Of a DNA stretch of 64,000 bases, positions 7,825 to 18,780 are shown piece by piece. Each line of letters opens with the position of its first letter. The stretch's first letter is position 1. A program made the translations under genes and the position numbers. The stretch lies in the sequence record NC_055708.1; one strand, written 5' to 3'. The notes beneath the pieces were generated by a model. That model did not search any database and was not told the origin of the DNA. It worked only from the letters and a program-made list of their open reading frames with translations. The stretch comes from Enterobacteria phage ATK47.

Positions 7825-9150
7825 ATGCAATTGAATTCTCGTAATCTAAAAAGTATTATTGATAACGAAGCCTTAGCATATGCTATGTACACCGTTGAAA
7901 ACCGTGCAATCCCAAACATGATTGATGGATTTAAGCCGGTTCAACGTTTTGTGGTTCATCGTGCATTAGATTTGGCTCGTGGTAATAAAGAAAAATTTCA
8001 TAAACTTGCGTCAATTGCAGGCGGTGTTGCAGATTTAGGTTATCACCATGGTGAATCTTCTGCACAAGATGCAGGTGCATTGATGGCTAACACATGGAAT
8101 AACAACTATCCACTATTAGATGGTCAAGGCAACTTTGGTTCTCGAACAGTCCAAAAAGCTGCAGCATCTCGTTATATTTTTGCTCGTGTAAGCAAAAATT
8201 TCTATAACGTATATAAAGATACTGAATATGCTCCAGCTCATGAAGATAAAGAACACGTTCCACCAAAATTCTATCTTCCTATTATTCCGACAGTTCTTTT
8301 GAATGGCGTCTCTGGTATTGCAACCGGTTACGCAACAAATATTCTGCCTCATAGTTTTAAATCGGTCAAAAAGGCTGTATTACAAGCTCTTCAAGGTAAA
8401 AATGTCACTAAGCCAAAAGTTGAATTCCCGGAATTCCGTGGTGAAGTACATGAAGTTGATGGGCGTTATGAGATTCACGGAACATATAAGTTCACATCTC
8501 GCACTCAAATGCAAATAACTGAAATCCCATATAAATTCGACCGTGAAACGTATGTGAGTAAGGTTCTTGACCCGTTGGAAGACAAAGGTCTAATCTCATG
8601 GGAAGATGATTGCGGTGAACACGGCTTTGGGTTTAAGGTGAAGTTCCGTAAAGAGTACTCGCTTCCTGATGATGAAGAGCTACGTCATGAAAAAATCATG
8701 AAAGATTTTAGTCTCATCGAACGTCGTTCACAAAACATCACAGTGATTAATGAAAAGGGTAAATTAGCAGTCTACGATAACGTAGTGGACTTAATCAAAG
8801 ATTTTGTTGAAGTCCGTAAGACTTACGTTCAGAAACGTATTGACAACAAAATCCTTGAATCTGAAAAAGCATTTAAACTTGCTTTTGCTAAGGCTCACTT
8901 CATCAAAAAAGTTATCAACGGTGAAATTGTGATTCAGGGCAAGACTCGTAAAGCTTTGACTGAAGAGCTAGCACAAATCGAAATGTATAAAGAACATGTC
9001 GATAAACTGGTAGGTCTTAACATCTTCCATATCACTTCCGACGAAGCACGTAAACTAGCAGAAGAAGCTAAAGCTAAGAAAGAAGAAAATGAGTATTGGA
9101 AGTCTACTGATGTTGTGACAGAGTACACTAAAGACTTGGAGGCACTTTGA
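7825..9150 (+). CDS. 52: DNA topoisomerase II medium subunit (GyrA-like)
   Basis: 441 aa; N-terminal AMYTVENRAIPNMIDGFKPVQR matches GyrA/ParC DNA-breakage-reunion domain signature; size as T4 gp52. Confidence 0.9.
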   Translation: MQLNSRNLKSIIDNEALAYAMYTVENRAIPNMIDGFKPVQRFVVHRALDLARGNKEKFHKLASIAGGVADLGYHHGESSAQDAGALMANTWNNNYPLLDGQGNFGSRTVQKAAASRYIFARVSKNFYNVYKDTEYAPAHEDKEHVPPKFYLPIIPTVLLNGVSGIATGYATNILPHSFKSVKKAVLQALQGKNVTKPKVEFPEFRGEVHEVDGRYEIHGTYKFTSRTQMQITEIPYKFDRETYVSKVLDPLEDKGLISWEDDCGEHGFGFKVKFRKEYSLPDDEELRHEKIMKDFSLIERRSQNITVINEKGKLAVYDNVVDLIKDFVEVRKTYVQKRIDNKILESEKAFKLAFAKAHFIKKVINGEIVIQGKTRKALTEELAQIEMYKEHVDKLVGLNIFHITSDEARKLAEEAKAKKEENEYWKSTDVVTEYTKDLEAL

Positions 9151-9226
9151 GTGCCCTAGCCTTAGGATTTCTCGGTGCAATAGCTGTACTAGTGATTTGG
9201 CTGTATTGGTTGGACAAACATGATTA

Positions 9227-9247
9227 GGGAGCTTCGGCTCCCTTTTG
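9227..9247 (+). terminator. Intrinsic terminator gggagcTTCGgctccc + TTTTG
   Basis: Perfect stem with UUCG loop and T-run. Confidence 0.7.
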
Positions 9248-9269
9248 TGCATTTTTTTCTCACAAAACA

Positions 9270-9298
9270 GTTTACACGTGCTTCAAACGTGATATTAT
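9270..9298 (+). promoter_or_regulatory. T4-type early promoter
   Basis: GTTTAC 9270-9275, 17-nt spacer, TATTAT 9293-9298, followed by conserved atagacctatcaaaacaaa box. Confidence 0.55.
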
Positions 9299-9337
9299 AG
9301 ACCTATCAAAACAAAACAACCAAATTGGAGAAATAAA

Positions 9338-9553
9338 ATGTCTAAAATGAAATTAACCCAAAACACAACTACTCGTTTCGGTAAAGTTAAACCTGGTATG
9401 AATGCTCCCCGTAAAGCACTTGTTGAAGAATTAAATTTCTTAGAAGTTGAAATCAATTCTTTAGTGGTTCGCGGTTCAAATGGACGTCATTTAGAAAAGC
9501 TTCGTTCTAAAAAGGCAAAACTTATTGGCCTTATTAAAGAAATGAGTTTGTAA
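9338..9553 (+). CDS. Hypothetical protein
   Basis: 71-aa ORF with ggag RBS between two early promoters. Confidence 0.5.
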   Translation: MSKMKLTQNTTTRFGKVKPGMNAPRKALVEELNFLEVEINSLVVRGSNGRHLEKLRSKKAKLIGLIKEMSL

Positions 9554-9590
9554 ATTTTACCAGGGCTTTTGAAAAAGAGCCCAAAATAAA

Positions 9591-9619
9591 GTTTACTTTT
9601 GCTTCAAACATGATATTAT
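9591..9619 (+). promoter_or_regulatory. T4-type early promoter
   Basis: GTTTAC 9591-9596, TATTAT 9614-9619, same downstream box as promoter at 9270. Confidence 0.55.
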
Positions 9620-9656
9620 AGACCTATCAAAACAAATACTAATTTGGAGAAATAAA

Positions 9657-10289
9657 ATGTCTAAAGTTACTTACATCATCAAAGCTTCTGAAAACGCTCT
9701 GAATGAAAAAACTGCTGCAATAATGGTTTATATCATTAAGAACAACTTCACCACTGCTGCCAATGTCCGTGAAGCTCTGGAATCGGAATACAATGCATCG
9801 GTTGTTAACTCTAACATTGGTGTATTGATTAAGAAAGGTTTAGTCGAAAAATCTGGCGATGGGCTTGTGGCAACAGGCGAAGCAATGGATATTATCCAAA
9901 AAGCTGCAGACCTATTTGCCCAAGAAAATGCTCCAGAACTTCTTCAGAAACGTAACACTAGAAAAGCACGTGGAGTTACTCCTGAAATGCATGAATTAGC
10001 AAACTTTGTTTTTGAAAATATTAAAGATAAAGTTGAAGTTAAAGAAATTGGTGAAAACCGTAGTAACTTAGAAGTTCGATTTGCAAAACGAGTTCTAGGC
10101 ATTCGCCAAATTGAAATTCGTCGAGATGGCGCTCTTAGAATCTTTGCATACAACATGTCAGAAACTGAATCAAAGCTGTTTACTTCTCTTGAAAATGATG
10201 TTAAGATTAAGATCGGTGGTAAATATACTTACATTGACTTCCCTAATGTGTCTAAAGAAATCATTACCCTTGTAACTAACGTACTGTGA
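9657..10289 (+). CDS. motA: Middle transcription activator MotA
   Basis: 210 aa (T4 MotA approx 211 aa); position downstream of gene 52 as in T4. Confidence 0.6.
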   Translation: MSKVTYIIKASENALNEKTAAIMVYIIKNNFTTAANVREALESEYNASVVNSNIGVLIKKGLVEKSGDGLVATGEAMDIIQKAADLFAQENAPELLQKRNTRKARGVTPEMHELANFVFENIKDKVEVKEIGENRSNLEVRFAKRVLGIRQIEIRRDGALRIFAYNMSETESKLFTSLENDVKIKIGGKYTYIDFPNVSKEIITLVTNVL

Positions 10290-10299
10290 GGAATACATA

Positions 10300-10629
10300 A
10301 TGAATAAGCTGAATATTATTAACGAACTTCGTAAATGTGCAGAACCTACTCAGGAAGGATGGGATATTTGGTACCACGGGGCTTATTTAGGGACAATTGT
10401 AAAGATTAAAGCAGGCCAATATACGGTTATTCGTGAAAATAATGACGCGCCATTTGGCCTTCGTAAAAACTACATGGCAGCGATCAGTTCATTTGTTGAT
10501 GCAGCTTACGAAATCTATAAAGAAGATTATAAAGAATATCAGCAGTCACAACCAGTTATTCGTTCGATTGGTGTAAATAAACAAGCACAAAAATCTATTT
10601 GGCAACGTATTAAGGAATGGTTTAAATGA
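10300..10629 (+). CDS. Hypothetical protein
   Basis: 109-aa ORF, RBS gagga. Confidence 0.5.
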   Translation: MNKLNIINELRKCAEPTQEGWDIWYHGAYLGTIVKIKAGQYTVIRENNDAPFGLRKNYMAAISSFVDAAYEIYKEDYKEYQQSQPVIRSIGVNKQAQKSIWQRIKEWFK

Positions 10630-11087
10630 AATCATTTAAAGAACGTTTAGAGCTATTAGATTTGGCCTTGTCTCGTGAGACTCCTGAAAGTCTAGCAGAA
10701 AAATTCCAGTCCTACGGTTATAATTATTCTGCTGATGATATAATGAATGAAGTTCCTGAAATCTGTTGGCAAACATGCTATTGGAATAATGACCAAAAAG
10801 TTCAACGTGTTATAGTATGTGCAGCTAATAGGTTTAAATTGAAGAGCGGTGGAACTCTGGTTATTCCTGGAGTTCGTCATTACTCTAAAGATATGGCTGA
10901 AGTACTTGATATAGTTGGTCCTCAATTAGTCTCGCAACAAGTTTGTGGTGACGACCAAGGCTTTATTGACCAATACTCTAATTACTGGACACGTGAAGAA
11001 GCAATGATTATTGCAACGTATGCTGGACAGGTACGTATTGAACGTGGCGGAAGTGAGAAAGAACTTTATTCAGAGGACCTGTATTAA
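10626..11087 (+). CDS. Hypothetical protein
   Basis: 153-aa ORF, ATGA overlap with upstream gene (translational coupling). Confidence 0.5.
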   Translation: MKSFKERLELLDLALSRETPESLAEKFQSYGYNYSADDIMNEVPEICWQTCYWNNDQKVQRVIVCAANRFKLKSGGTLVIPGVRHYSKDMAEVLDIVGPQLVSQQVCGDDQGFIDQYSNYWTREEAMIIATYAGQVRIERGGSEKELYSEDLY

Positions 11088-11368
11088 TGAATATTAAACA
11101 ACTCCAGAAAGATGCTATTGAATCACGTATCCAAGATATCAAACGTCTTAATCATATGATGGAAGAAAACTATGGTATGTATGCTAATCAGCCTGGTTGG
11201 GATGCTTTAGACCATCCTTATTTGGTTAATTTATGTAAAGGTGATACGTTAGCAATTATTCGTGATGGGTTAAAACCTTTCTTGCGTGACATGTATATTA
11301 AAATGAACGAAGAAATTATTAGCTCGTTGCAATATCAATTAAGGAAATTAGATGATGAGAATAATTGA
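11087..11368 (+). CDS. Hypothetical protein (size and position compatible with T4 Arn; unverified)
   Basis: 93-aa ORF, stop-start overlap with upstream ORF. Confidence 0.45.
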   Translation: MNIKQLQKDAIESRIQDIKRLNHMMEENYGMYANQPGWDALDHPYLVNLCKGDTLAIIRDGLKPFLRDMYIKMNEEIISSLQYQLRKLDDENN

Positions 11369-11570
11369 TTCTAAAGCGGATTATTTTAATTCTGTTAATG
11401 ATAAGAATAAAGCTTTAATTCGCCACTTTATTACTGAGATGGGATATACCGACTCTAAAGATTTGAAAGAGCACATTATCGAATGTTCTGTGGCTAAAAA
11501 GTTTTCTTTCACAGACAAATGTTTAAACGAGGTTATAAATCATTATGAACAATCTTGTAGCAAAACATGA
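11352..11570 (+). CDS. Hypothetical protein
   Basis: 72-aa ORF overlapping neighbours by a few codons. Confidence 0.4.
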   Translation: MMRIIDSKADYFNSVNDKNKALIRHFITEMGYTDSKDLKEHIIECSVAKKFSFTDKCLNEVINHYEQSCSKT

Positions 11571-11653
11571 TTTCAATAAGGCTTCTGTCCATAAGGACAA
11601 GAAGAAATCAGAACTTCAATCTAAACGCAAACAAAAACATAAGGGTAAAGACT

Positions 11654-11953
11654 ATGCTTACTAAAATCAAAGAAAATCCTGCCACTGAACTTGTTATTCG
11701 ATGTGAAGAACTTGCAGAGCTTTATCAGGTTAACCGAGAAGTGTGTCGTAGTGTTATCGTAGATATGGAAGATGAAGTATGTTCTCGTATTCCTTTTAGT
11801 GTCGATTTCAATCATATGAAGCCTGGTGAAATCACTATCGTCTTTGGTTCTGACTATACTGAAGAACGGGCTCTTAATGCCCTAGAATATGAAATGTCAT
11901 TCTTCGACATACAGGACTACATTGATAGTTATAAGGAACAATATGAGTCATAA
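11654..11953 (+). CDS. Hypothetical protein
   Basis: Internal ATG 11654 preceded by aagggtaaag RBS preferred over the 11567 start. Confidence 0.45.
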   Translation: MLTKIKENPATELVIRCEELAELYQVNREVCRSVIVDMEDEVCSRIPFSVDFNHMKPGEITIVFGSDYTEERALNALEYEMSFFDIQDYIDSYKEQYES

Positions 11954-12104
11954 TCTTCAGAACGTAGTAGAGGCCGAACGTGAGCGTGAGGCTTTAGTCT
12001 ATAATGAACTATTGGCCTCGTTCTTAGCCTTAAACTCGTACGAACAGGAAGACTACATTGATTACGTTAAAAGCGTAGAAAAAGCCGTTTACAATCAACA
12101 CTGA
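11942..12104 (+). CDS. Hypothetical small protein
   Basis: ATG 11942 overlapping stop of previous ORF; 53 aa. Confidence 0.35.
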
Positions 12105-12150
12105 TAATGGTACTATATCCATATCAACTAAGTGGAATGAATAAAACGTT

Positions 12151-12423
12151 ATGAATAAAGACATTGAAATCGTACGTGAAATTATTACTATTGCTTCTAT
12201 TTTGATTAAATTCTCTAGGGAAGATATTGTTGAAGACCGAGCAAGTTTCATCGGATTCTTGAATGAGATTGGAATTAAAAAAGATGGTCGGCAGCTAAAT
12301 CAGAATTCGTTCAGAAAACTAATTACAAATTTAACTGCCGAAGAAAAGAAAACACTGATTAGTGAATTCAATGAAGGTTTTGAAAATATTTATCGTCATT
12401 TAGCGATGTATTCTAACAACTAA
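12151..12423 (+). CDS. asiA: Anti-sigma70 factor AsiA
   Basis: 90 aa; MNKDIEIVREIITIASILIKFSREDIVE... closely matches recalled T4 AsiA. Confidence 0.85.
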   Translation: MNKDIEIVREIITIASILIKFSREDIVEDRASFIGFLNEIGIKKDGRQLNQNSFRKLITNLTAEEKKTLISEFNEGFENIYRHLAMYSNN

Positions 12424-13083
12424 TTATTTAGCCCTTCCTAGTATTCGGACCGCTTGGTTGCATATAGCTGCTAAGCGATCTTCCTCAAGTATATTACTCC
12501 CCTTATACCAATACATCGTCACAGTTCCAGCGTAGATGTTATCCAAATTAAAGTATGGACAACTATACATATAAGAAAGTTCGGCAGTCTTAGATTTTGT
12601 AGGCAAAAATGCAAATTCTGATTTAGATGAGAAATGACGGCCACTTAAATGAATTATATATTCATTGGCCGTTTTATCCACCGGGAATCCGCCAAGGGAC
12701 TTTTCAGAAATTGTGCTAGGTAGTTTGCCTTCATAAGCTATAAGGTCGACGAAATAATTTAAGTTTTTAGGTCTGAAAGAATACACAGCACTAAAATCTG
12801 CACCAGACGAGATATGAACTATTTGCAGTTGTTCTAGAGCCGCAGATTCAAAACGTAAAGCTCGTTCTTTTTGGATTATTTCAGTATAAGTATCATACTT
12901 AGCTCTTACATAATAATCCAGCAAAATACTTCCTTTGTACCATATTAGTGCCATTAGGAACAAAAGAATAATTACCGCTACTCGGGACATTAAAACCTTT
13001 CCAGTAGCGTTATCTTTGAAAATACGATCTAGCAACCCAAATAGAATATCACTAAGCGAAAATGATACTTTTGGTGTTGCCAT
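12424..13083 (-). CDS. t: Holin (lysis inhibition protein T)
   Basis: 219 aa; single N-terminal TM segment then large periplasmic domain; near-identical to recalled T4 holin T. Confidence 0.85.
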   Translation of the reverse strand: MATPKVSFSLSDILFGLLDRIFKDNATGKVLMSRVAVIILLFLMALIWYKGSILLDYYVRAKYDTYTEIIQKERALRFESAALEQLQIVHISSGADFSAVYSFRPKNLNYFVDLIAYEGKLPSTISEKSLGGFPVDKTANEYIIHLSGRHFSSKSEFAFLPTKSKTAELSYMYSCPYFNLDNIYAGTVTMYWYKGSNILEEDRLAAICNQAVRILGRAK

Positions 13084-13092
13084 AACACCTCC

Positions 13093-13644
13093 TTACTTAA
13101 AGATATTTATAATCGCTTTGATAATAGATTTGTTTTCAAGGTCAGGGAATTTAGGGAATTCGCCGCCAAGATGTTCATGTTTTTCTAAAAGGGCAAAGAA
13201 TTTTTTGAGCTCTTTAAATTTTCGTTTTTCTTCTCTATTAGCAACCTCTGCGTCAATAAGAGAACTTAAAACACTGAATAATTTATAGAGTTCATGAATT
13301 TTCTTATCACGTTGAACTACGCGTTTATATGCTTCATCTTCCTTCCACCCGTCGTCGGTCCAAAGGTCAAATTCACCAGGTTCTTCTGTAGTAACATTTT
13401 GAAGAGCACCTGGAGTGTCAATAACAATTTTTTGCTTATCATATGTCCATACTGTTTTTCCTCGATGGTCTTCAACATATACCCATTCTTGCTCGCGTTC
13501 GTCAAATATAACAGCATAGCCTTCTTTAGGGTCTAAAGGTTTTTTTGGTGTTGAATGAGCCGGAAATCCTACGCCTTTTAATGGTTTATAATTTTCTTCT
13601 TTGTAAAATTCTTTAGTGTCAAAATAATAGTGATAGAGTTTCAT
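13093..13644 (-). CDS. 38: Long tail fiber assembly protein gp38
   Basis: 183 aa; MKLYHYYFDTKEFYKEENYKP... matches recalled T4 gp38 N-terminus; located 3' of gene 37. Confidence 0.8.
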   Translation of the reverse strand: MKLYHYYFDTKEFYKEENYKPLKGVGFPAHSTPKKPLDPKEGYAVIFDEREQEWVYVEDHRGKTVWTYDKQKIVIDTPGALQNVTTEEPGEFDLWTDDGWKEDEAYKRVVQRDKKIHELYKLFSVLSSLIDAEVANREEKRKFKELKKFFALLEKHEHLGGEFPKFPDLENKSIIKAIINIFK

Positions 13645-13674
13645 ATTATAAAAAGGGACCGAAGCCCCTTCTCC

Positions 13675-16600
13675 TTATGCTAAACGAACGATATAGTTAA
13701 AAGCAACGTTTTTAACTGTGTTTTCTGTATTTCCTGTGGCATTTACAGTTATTGTATGTCCATGGGAACCAATTGCAACAGTATGAGAATGAGCACCAAT
13801 ACCTACCGAATGGGTATGAGCACCAATACCTACCGTATGAGCATGGTTACCCGTAGAGCTAGTAGTTCCTGACCAACTATGGGTGTGGGCACCGTCATTT
13901 GATGTTTTACCGACCTTAGTTGCTAAAGTCGAACCAGTGATACCTGAGTTAATTTTAGCATATGAGTTTGCACCTATCGTAGTAACCCCGTCTCTAAACA
14001 AATCGTCTGCCCATGCAGCAGTGACCTGAGGACCTGAACGCGCGTGTTGGTGCGCACCAGCGGAACTAGTATTACCACTCACTGTATGGTTATGGTTACC
14101 AGTGGTATTACTGGTCTTAGTACCATAATCAAAGCTTGAAGTCGTTTTGCTTCCGTAATCAAAACTAGAAGTGGTCTTAGTACCCAAATCTGTGCTTGAT
14201 GCACTTGCACTATGGCTATGTGACTTAACACCATCTGCTTCTGTACTTAATACAGCACGCCCAGATGGTTTACCTTTAATCGTCTGACCACGCATATCAG
14301 GCAGAGCGCCGGAAGGATACACTGCAGCTAACTTAGGATACAAGTCAGCATCAAATGTTTGACCTTCCATTATGGCATAGCCTTCAGGAGGTGTATCAGT
14401 AGGCCAAGGAATCGGAGCACCAATTGGATAACTTGAGACAATATCAGTTTTAAGTGATTCAATTGTACTATTTAAGTTGGCAAAATTACCAGAACCACCA
14501 GTAATGTTACCGTCTGTACCTAAATAAACTGAACCCCCAGCAGAAATGCGCTTAGGAGATATAAAATCACCAGAACGTGTAAATTCCCAGCCTAAATCTT
14601 TTATAGTTGCGCCTGTTGAACTTCCGTCTCCACCTTCATGATAATGAACTCTGAAGTTACCGCCATTTATTAAAGTACCTAAAGAATAACAGCTATTTCC
14701 TTGAACATAACGTTGTTTTAAAATAGGAACGTAAGTACTTGTATCTGTGCGATTAATATTCATATAGAACGGAGCACGAACGTTTTCATTATTTTGTGAA
14801 GCAAAAGACCCTGCACCAGCCGGGCGAACGGTGTCAGTACATTCAGCATCAATATAAGCTGCTTGTCCTACCTGCATACGGTAATTAGGAGAAATACGAC
14901 TATGACTAGTAACAACAACAAGTTTGTTATCATTGTCCACAGTAATCATATTACCGCCAGCGCCATCATCGCCTAACGTGACAGAATGGCGCATTTGTAC
15001 CATACCATTATTAAGACTAATACTTAATGGACGGAGATTGCTTATTCCACCTGATTCTCCAGCATCTTTAGGAGTCGGGATAATATGCAATGCCGCTTCA
15101 GAACGACGGAAAATAGCACCGTATTCGGCATTCCAAATTCTTAATGCATCAGCTGTTCCACCGAATTTAGCTTGGCCGTTTACAGATAATCCATTATTTG
15201 CAACTAAACTTGATTCGCTAACAATAGAACCAGCCGATATAATACCACCACCCACACGTAAAGCGCCGGAAATTCTGAATTGAAGAGCACCGACAGTTTC
15301 AGAACCCGTCGGTGCTAAACGTTGAGAATAAAAATGATAGCCCTGGCCATCATACAATTCAAATACGGTTTCACGATTACCGGCGGTGGAGTCGAATGCA
15401 TTACCCCAGGCTTTCATAGTCAGATAACTTTTATTTTGTCCTGAACGGGTCCCTGCGTTCCACTGGATAGTTCTCGAGCCATCAACTTTGCTAGGGGCGC
15501 CAAATTTAAGGCCTTCGGTATTATTAGAACTATTTAAAAATAATTCGTTGTCTAATTTAATAGGTTGGATAGAAGAAATAGTGCCGTCAGCATAAAACTG
15601 TACGTTATTAGAGCCAGTTACCAATTTCAATACACCTGGGTTAACTTCCATGCCTTCTTGGGTATTAATATTAGTTTTGCCTTTACCACGGAAGTAGTGG
15701 TTCATTTTTCCGCCTGAGTTATAGCCAATATGTGTCTGGCCGTCTCCAGCAGTGTTTTCATCAGCCTGTGTTTGAACAGACAAGAGAGCAGCGTTCGTTC
15801 CAGGCATTGTCCAGGTTCCGCCTTGGTCTTCTGAACGTCCAAATAATGCTTTACGAGTACTACGGAAACTGTCAGGAGTAATAGAAGCAACAGAATTCCA
15901 ATTACCTACTAAATCATAAACACCCTGCTTAATGTATTTTAAACCTGTGGCAGCATCACCCAAAGCAATATATCTTTCTCCCATTGGAGTAGGAGAGCCG
16001 TAGTTATTGGTATTTTCATCAGTGGTAATTGTGCCAATAGCAAGTGAACGACGTAATACCATTGCGCCATCATTACGAAGACCCATTAATTTAGTAGTAA
16101 GTGTATTTCCGGACCACCAAGAAATTTCATCATTCTTACCAGTTTGAGCTGAAGCGATTTCATGGTAAATAGTTCCGCCTGATTTAGCTCGAACTTTACG
16201 AAGATAGTTTATACCATTTTCTTCACCTGTTCCAGGATAAACATAGTTAACCAAAGATTGTGAATCGTATTGTCCGAATGCCTTTGTATCTAAAATAATA
16301 TTTTTAGTATTAATCTGAGGCGAAGTAATATTTCCGAGAGCTGCAATATTTCCAGATGTAGTTATACTACCTCCTGATACTGCTAAACCTCCACCATCAA
16401 CAGTAAATCCACCGTCACGTCGAAACGTCCAATATTTCGAATCGCCCGATTCATTGATATAATGAATCTTCAACGAACCTTCAGAAACTAAAGTACCTAA
16501 TGAAAAAGTTCCATCTTTAAAGCGTTGTTTAATTATAGGATTATATTCCGAAGTAGCGGTTGATGCGGAAATATCCATGAAAATAGGGGCTTTTGCCGTG

Positions 16601-16911
16601 TGTTGACCTGCCCAAGAACCAACTCCGGTGGCCTTATAAGCAAATTCGATATATCCACCAGATGCAACATTTTGTGAGCCTATTAAATTAAATGTACCTG
16701 TCTGAGTATAGTTACCTACGTGAGTTACATTACCGTTAATATCCCCGCCCTTAGCAAAGCCTAGGCTAATAATATTACCGAGGTCATCTTTAGTAAAAAG
16801 AGTTCGATCTTTTAAGTTTATCGCTAATTCGCCTTCGGCTAATTGTGCTGCAGTAGGATTAACTCCTGCTACTTTGCTTCTTTTAAATTGTATCTGTTTT
16901 AATGTAGCCAT
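13675..16911 (-). CDS. 37: Long tail fiber distal subunit gp37 (receptor-binding tip with His-rich HxH repeats)
   Basis: 1078 aa; C-terminal GAHTHS/GNHAHT/GAHSHT/GSHGHT repeats typical of T4 gp37 iron-binding needle domain; synteny 34-35-36-37-38. Confidence 0.85.
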   Translation of the reverse strand: MATLKQIQFKRSKVAGVNPTAAQLAEGELAINLKDRTLFTKDDLGNIISLGFAKGGDINGNVTHVGNYTQTGTFNLIGSQNVASGGYIEFAYKATGVGSWAGQHTAKAPIFMDISASTATSEYNPIIKQRFKDGTFSLGTLVSEGSLKIHYINESGDSKYWTFRRDGGFTVDGGGLAVSGGSITTSGNIAALGNITSPQINTKNIILDTKAFGQYDSQSLVNYVYPGTGEENGINYLRKVRAKSGGTIYHEIASAQTGKNDEISWWSGNTLTTKLMGLRNDGAMVLRRSLAIGTITTDENTNNYGSPTPMGERYIALGDAATGLKYIKQGVYDLVGNWNSVASITPDSFRSTRKALFGRSEDQGGTWTMPGTNAALLSVQTQADENTAGDGQTHIGYNSGGKMNHYFRGKGKTNINTQEGMEVNPGVLKLVTGSNNVQFYADGTISSIQPIKLDNELFLNSSNNTEGLKFGAPSKVDGSRTIQWNAGTRSGQNKSYLTMKAWGNAFDSTAGNRETVFELYDGQGYHFYSQRLAPTGSETVGALQFRISGALRVGGGIISAGSIVSESSLVANNGLSVNGQAKFGGTADALRIWNAEYGAIFRRSEAALHIIPTPKDAGESGGISNLRPLSISLNNGMVQMRHSVTLGDDGAGGNMITVDNDNKLVVVTSHSRISPNYRMQVGQAAYIDAECTDTVRPAGAGSFASQNNENVRAPFYMNINRTDTSTYVPILKQRYVQGNSCYSLGTLINGGNFRVHYHEGGDGSSTGATIKDLGWEFTRSGDFISPKRISAGGSVYLGTDGNITGGSGNFANLNSTIESLKTDIVSSYPIGAPIPWPTDTPPEGYAIMEGQTFDADLYPKLAAVYPSGALPDMRGQTIKGKPSGRAVLSTEADGVKSHSHSASASSTDLGTKTTSSFDYGSKTTSSFDYGTKTSNTTGNHNHTVSGNTSSAGAHQHARSGPQVTAAWADDLFRDGVTTIGANSYAKINSGITGSTLATKVGKTSNDGAHTHSWSGTTSSTGNHAHTVGIGAHTHSVGIGAHSHTVAIGSHGHTITVNATGNTENTVKNVAFNYIVRLA

Positions 16912-16919
16912 AAGTCCTC

Positions 16920-17582
16920 TTAATAATAGCCGAAATCTTGAACAGAATCTTTAATTACAATCTGGTCGAAACGAGGAACATGATTAGCCTCAGACGCCGG
17001 ATTCTGTGAGAAAAAGTTTGGTGCTGTTAAAGTACCAGTCATGGTATCGCCAGAACGCAATACACGGGAATTTGCGTTATCCATAACAGTATTTATTCGT
17101 CCATCAACATAATCTTTTCTTGTGAGATCATTAACTGCAACTGGAGCAACTGCATTACTTCTTATTTGACCTACTGCTGTCACAACGCCTTTTGTACTAA
17201 TATCACCATTACGTGCATTAATTACAACAGTTCGGTCTGCCGAACCTTGTGATGATTTAAAACCAATACCATTCCACGAAACGATGTCAATATTTGCCAT
17301 AGCAAAAGTAGCTGCATCACCGTTACCTGGATAAACACCGCACTGTTGACTACTACCTACAGTAGGAACATGTACGCCTCCATTAAATCGAACAGTTGCA
17401 GCGTAAGTACCACCATTTGCTTTAGAAACGAAATCGTTATCAGCAGCTTGTGGTTTATTATATTCTGAATAGAGTTTAAACGTTTTATACAGGACGTCAT
17501 CACCTGCTGGCATTAAAGGGAAATTACCTTGGTGCCATATAACGGCACCGCCAGTTGTACTACCAGCTTTTAAATCGGCCAT
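16920..17582 (-). CDS. 36: Long tail fiber proximal-distal connector gp36
   Basis: 220 aa, between 35 and 37 as in T4. Confidence 0.65.
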   Translation of the reverse strand: MADLKAGSTTGGAVIWHQGNFPLMPAGDDVLYKTFKLYSEYNKPQAADNDFVSKANGGTYAATVRFNGGVHVPTVGSSQQCGVYPGNGDAATFAMANIDIVSWNGIGFKSSQGSADRTVVINARNGDISTKGVVTAVGQIRSNAVAPVAVNDLTRKDYVDGRINTVMDNANSRVLRSGDTMTGTLTAPNFFSQNPASEANHVPRFDQIVIKDSVQDFGYY

Positions 17583-17606
17583 AGTTGTCTCCTTATATGT
17601 ATACCA

Positions 17607-17614
17607 TATTTATA
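17607..17614 (-). promoter_or_regulatory. Late promoter TATAAATA (minus strand) upstream of gene 36
   Basis: Plus strand reads TATTTATA, i.e. TATAAATA on the coding strand, about 25 nt upstream of the gene 36 start. Confidence 0.5.
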
Positions 17615-17621
17615 CAAAAAT

Positions 17622-17639
17622 GGGAGACCGAAGTCTCCC
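17622..17639 (-). terminator. Stem-loop gggagacTTCGgtctccc (minus-strand sense) after gene 35
   Basis: Perfect 7-bp stem with UUCG loop, followed by T-run on the minus strand. Confidence 0.6.
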
Positions 17640-17644
17640 TAAAT

Positions 17645-18772
17645 TTATTCTGATGCTTCTTTAAATTCTTGTCCAAATACCTTACCAGTATCAGTTGAAG
17701 ATTGAGTAGGTAATGTCATTATGTCTGGAGCACTTAAAGATTCTGAAACATAATTTACACGAATACCATTTATACCAAACTCAGCAGGTTTTGAAACGCT
17801 TCCATTACATGATACTTCAGTGAATATAACGTTTCTTAATCCACCTTGCCCGGCTGGAGCTGTACGATAACAATAAATTGTGAACCCGTCAGCACCAGTA
17901 GGAATTTCTACGTAGTCTTCATATATCTTCCATTCACCTGCAGCCCCATCAAAGTTTGTATCCTTAAATGAAATAGGTGAAGTAGAAGGAGATTTAAAGA
18001 AACGAATAGAAAGTCGTGTCGTCCCTTGTGCTAACAAATCGGCATCAGCCATTAGTTGGAATTTCATATAAAGGAAATCTCCAGGCTTCAATTTATACCC
18101 AGCGAGAGGTGTAATAATGGACGTTGTAGGCATCCTTTTAATTTCGTTATTAGTACCTCCAACAGCAGATAAAAATGTGTCTGACGATTCATACGTACGT
18201 CTAGGGAAGCCGGTCGCACCAATATCATCGATCGTGTCGTACACAACATCAAGTGGTGTACTATAGTCGGTTGAAGTTTTCTTATTACTATACTTAATAT
18301 GTTCTAGCGCTATAGCATTCTTACCAGAAATATAAAATGCCGAATAAGAAATGTCCACTATATTTAAAACTTGTTGAGCTAATGGAATAGCAGAACTTCC
18401 GGCTTTATTAAACCATGCAAGAACTTCTGGTGGAAAGTTTGTTTTAGCGTTAGTAACAAGAGCAAATATAAAATTTGAAGCATACGTGTCCATGAAAGTA
18501 ACAAATGCACTTGACGTGGCGTCGTTTTCAGTAGAGAAATTATATGACTTAGATTCAATTACTGCACCTGTTGTAGGATTTATTACACGAACGTTTAATC
18601 CAACAGAAAAAACCTGGGACCCAAGTGGATTATCTTGGAACTTAATATAAGCAGGAGATGTTGATAGCGGACAAGAGCCCGCTATGCTTAATTTAAATCG
18701 TACTGAATTGCTTTCCGATAAAAATGGCGTTTGGACGTATCCTTGTCCAAACTTAGCCATAAATTTTTCCAT
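17645..18772 (-). CDS. 35: Long tail fiber hinge protein gp35
   Basis: 375 aa, between 34 and 36 as in T4. Confidence 0.65.
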   Translation of the reverse strand: MEKFMAKFGQGYVQTPFLSESNSVRFKLSIAGSCPLSTSPAYIKFQDNPLGSQVFSVGLNVRVINPTTGAVIESKSYNFSTENDATSSAFVTFMDTYASNFIFALVTNAKTNFPPEVLAWFNKAGSSAIPLAQQVLNIVDISYSAFYISGKNAIALEHIKYSNKKTSTDYSTPLDVVYDTIDDIGATGFPRRTYESSDTFLSAVGGTNNEIKRMPTTSIITPLAGYKLKPGDFLYMKFQLMADADLLAQGTTRLSIRFFKSPSTSPISFKDTNFDGAAGEWKIYEDYVEIPTGADGFTIYCYRTAPAGQGGLRNVIFTEVSCNGSVSKPAEFGINGIRVNYVSESLSAPDIMTLPTQSSTDTGKVFGQEFKEASE

Positions 18773-18780
18773 AATACCTC

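Noticed and set aside
11567-11953. Long form of the ORF starting at 11567
   Set aside because: The N-terminal 29 codons are Arg/Asn-rich low complexity and lack an RBS, whereas the internal ATG at 11654 has a good aagggtaaag RBS; the long form cannot be excluded.
13675-14190. Possible CRISPR-like or satellite repeat in the gp37 3' region
   Set aside because: The repeats are in-frame codon-level repeats (HxH units and a 9-aa duplication) inside a tail-fibre gene, not spacer-repeat architecture; no CRISPR array is present in the window.
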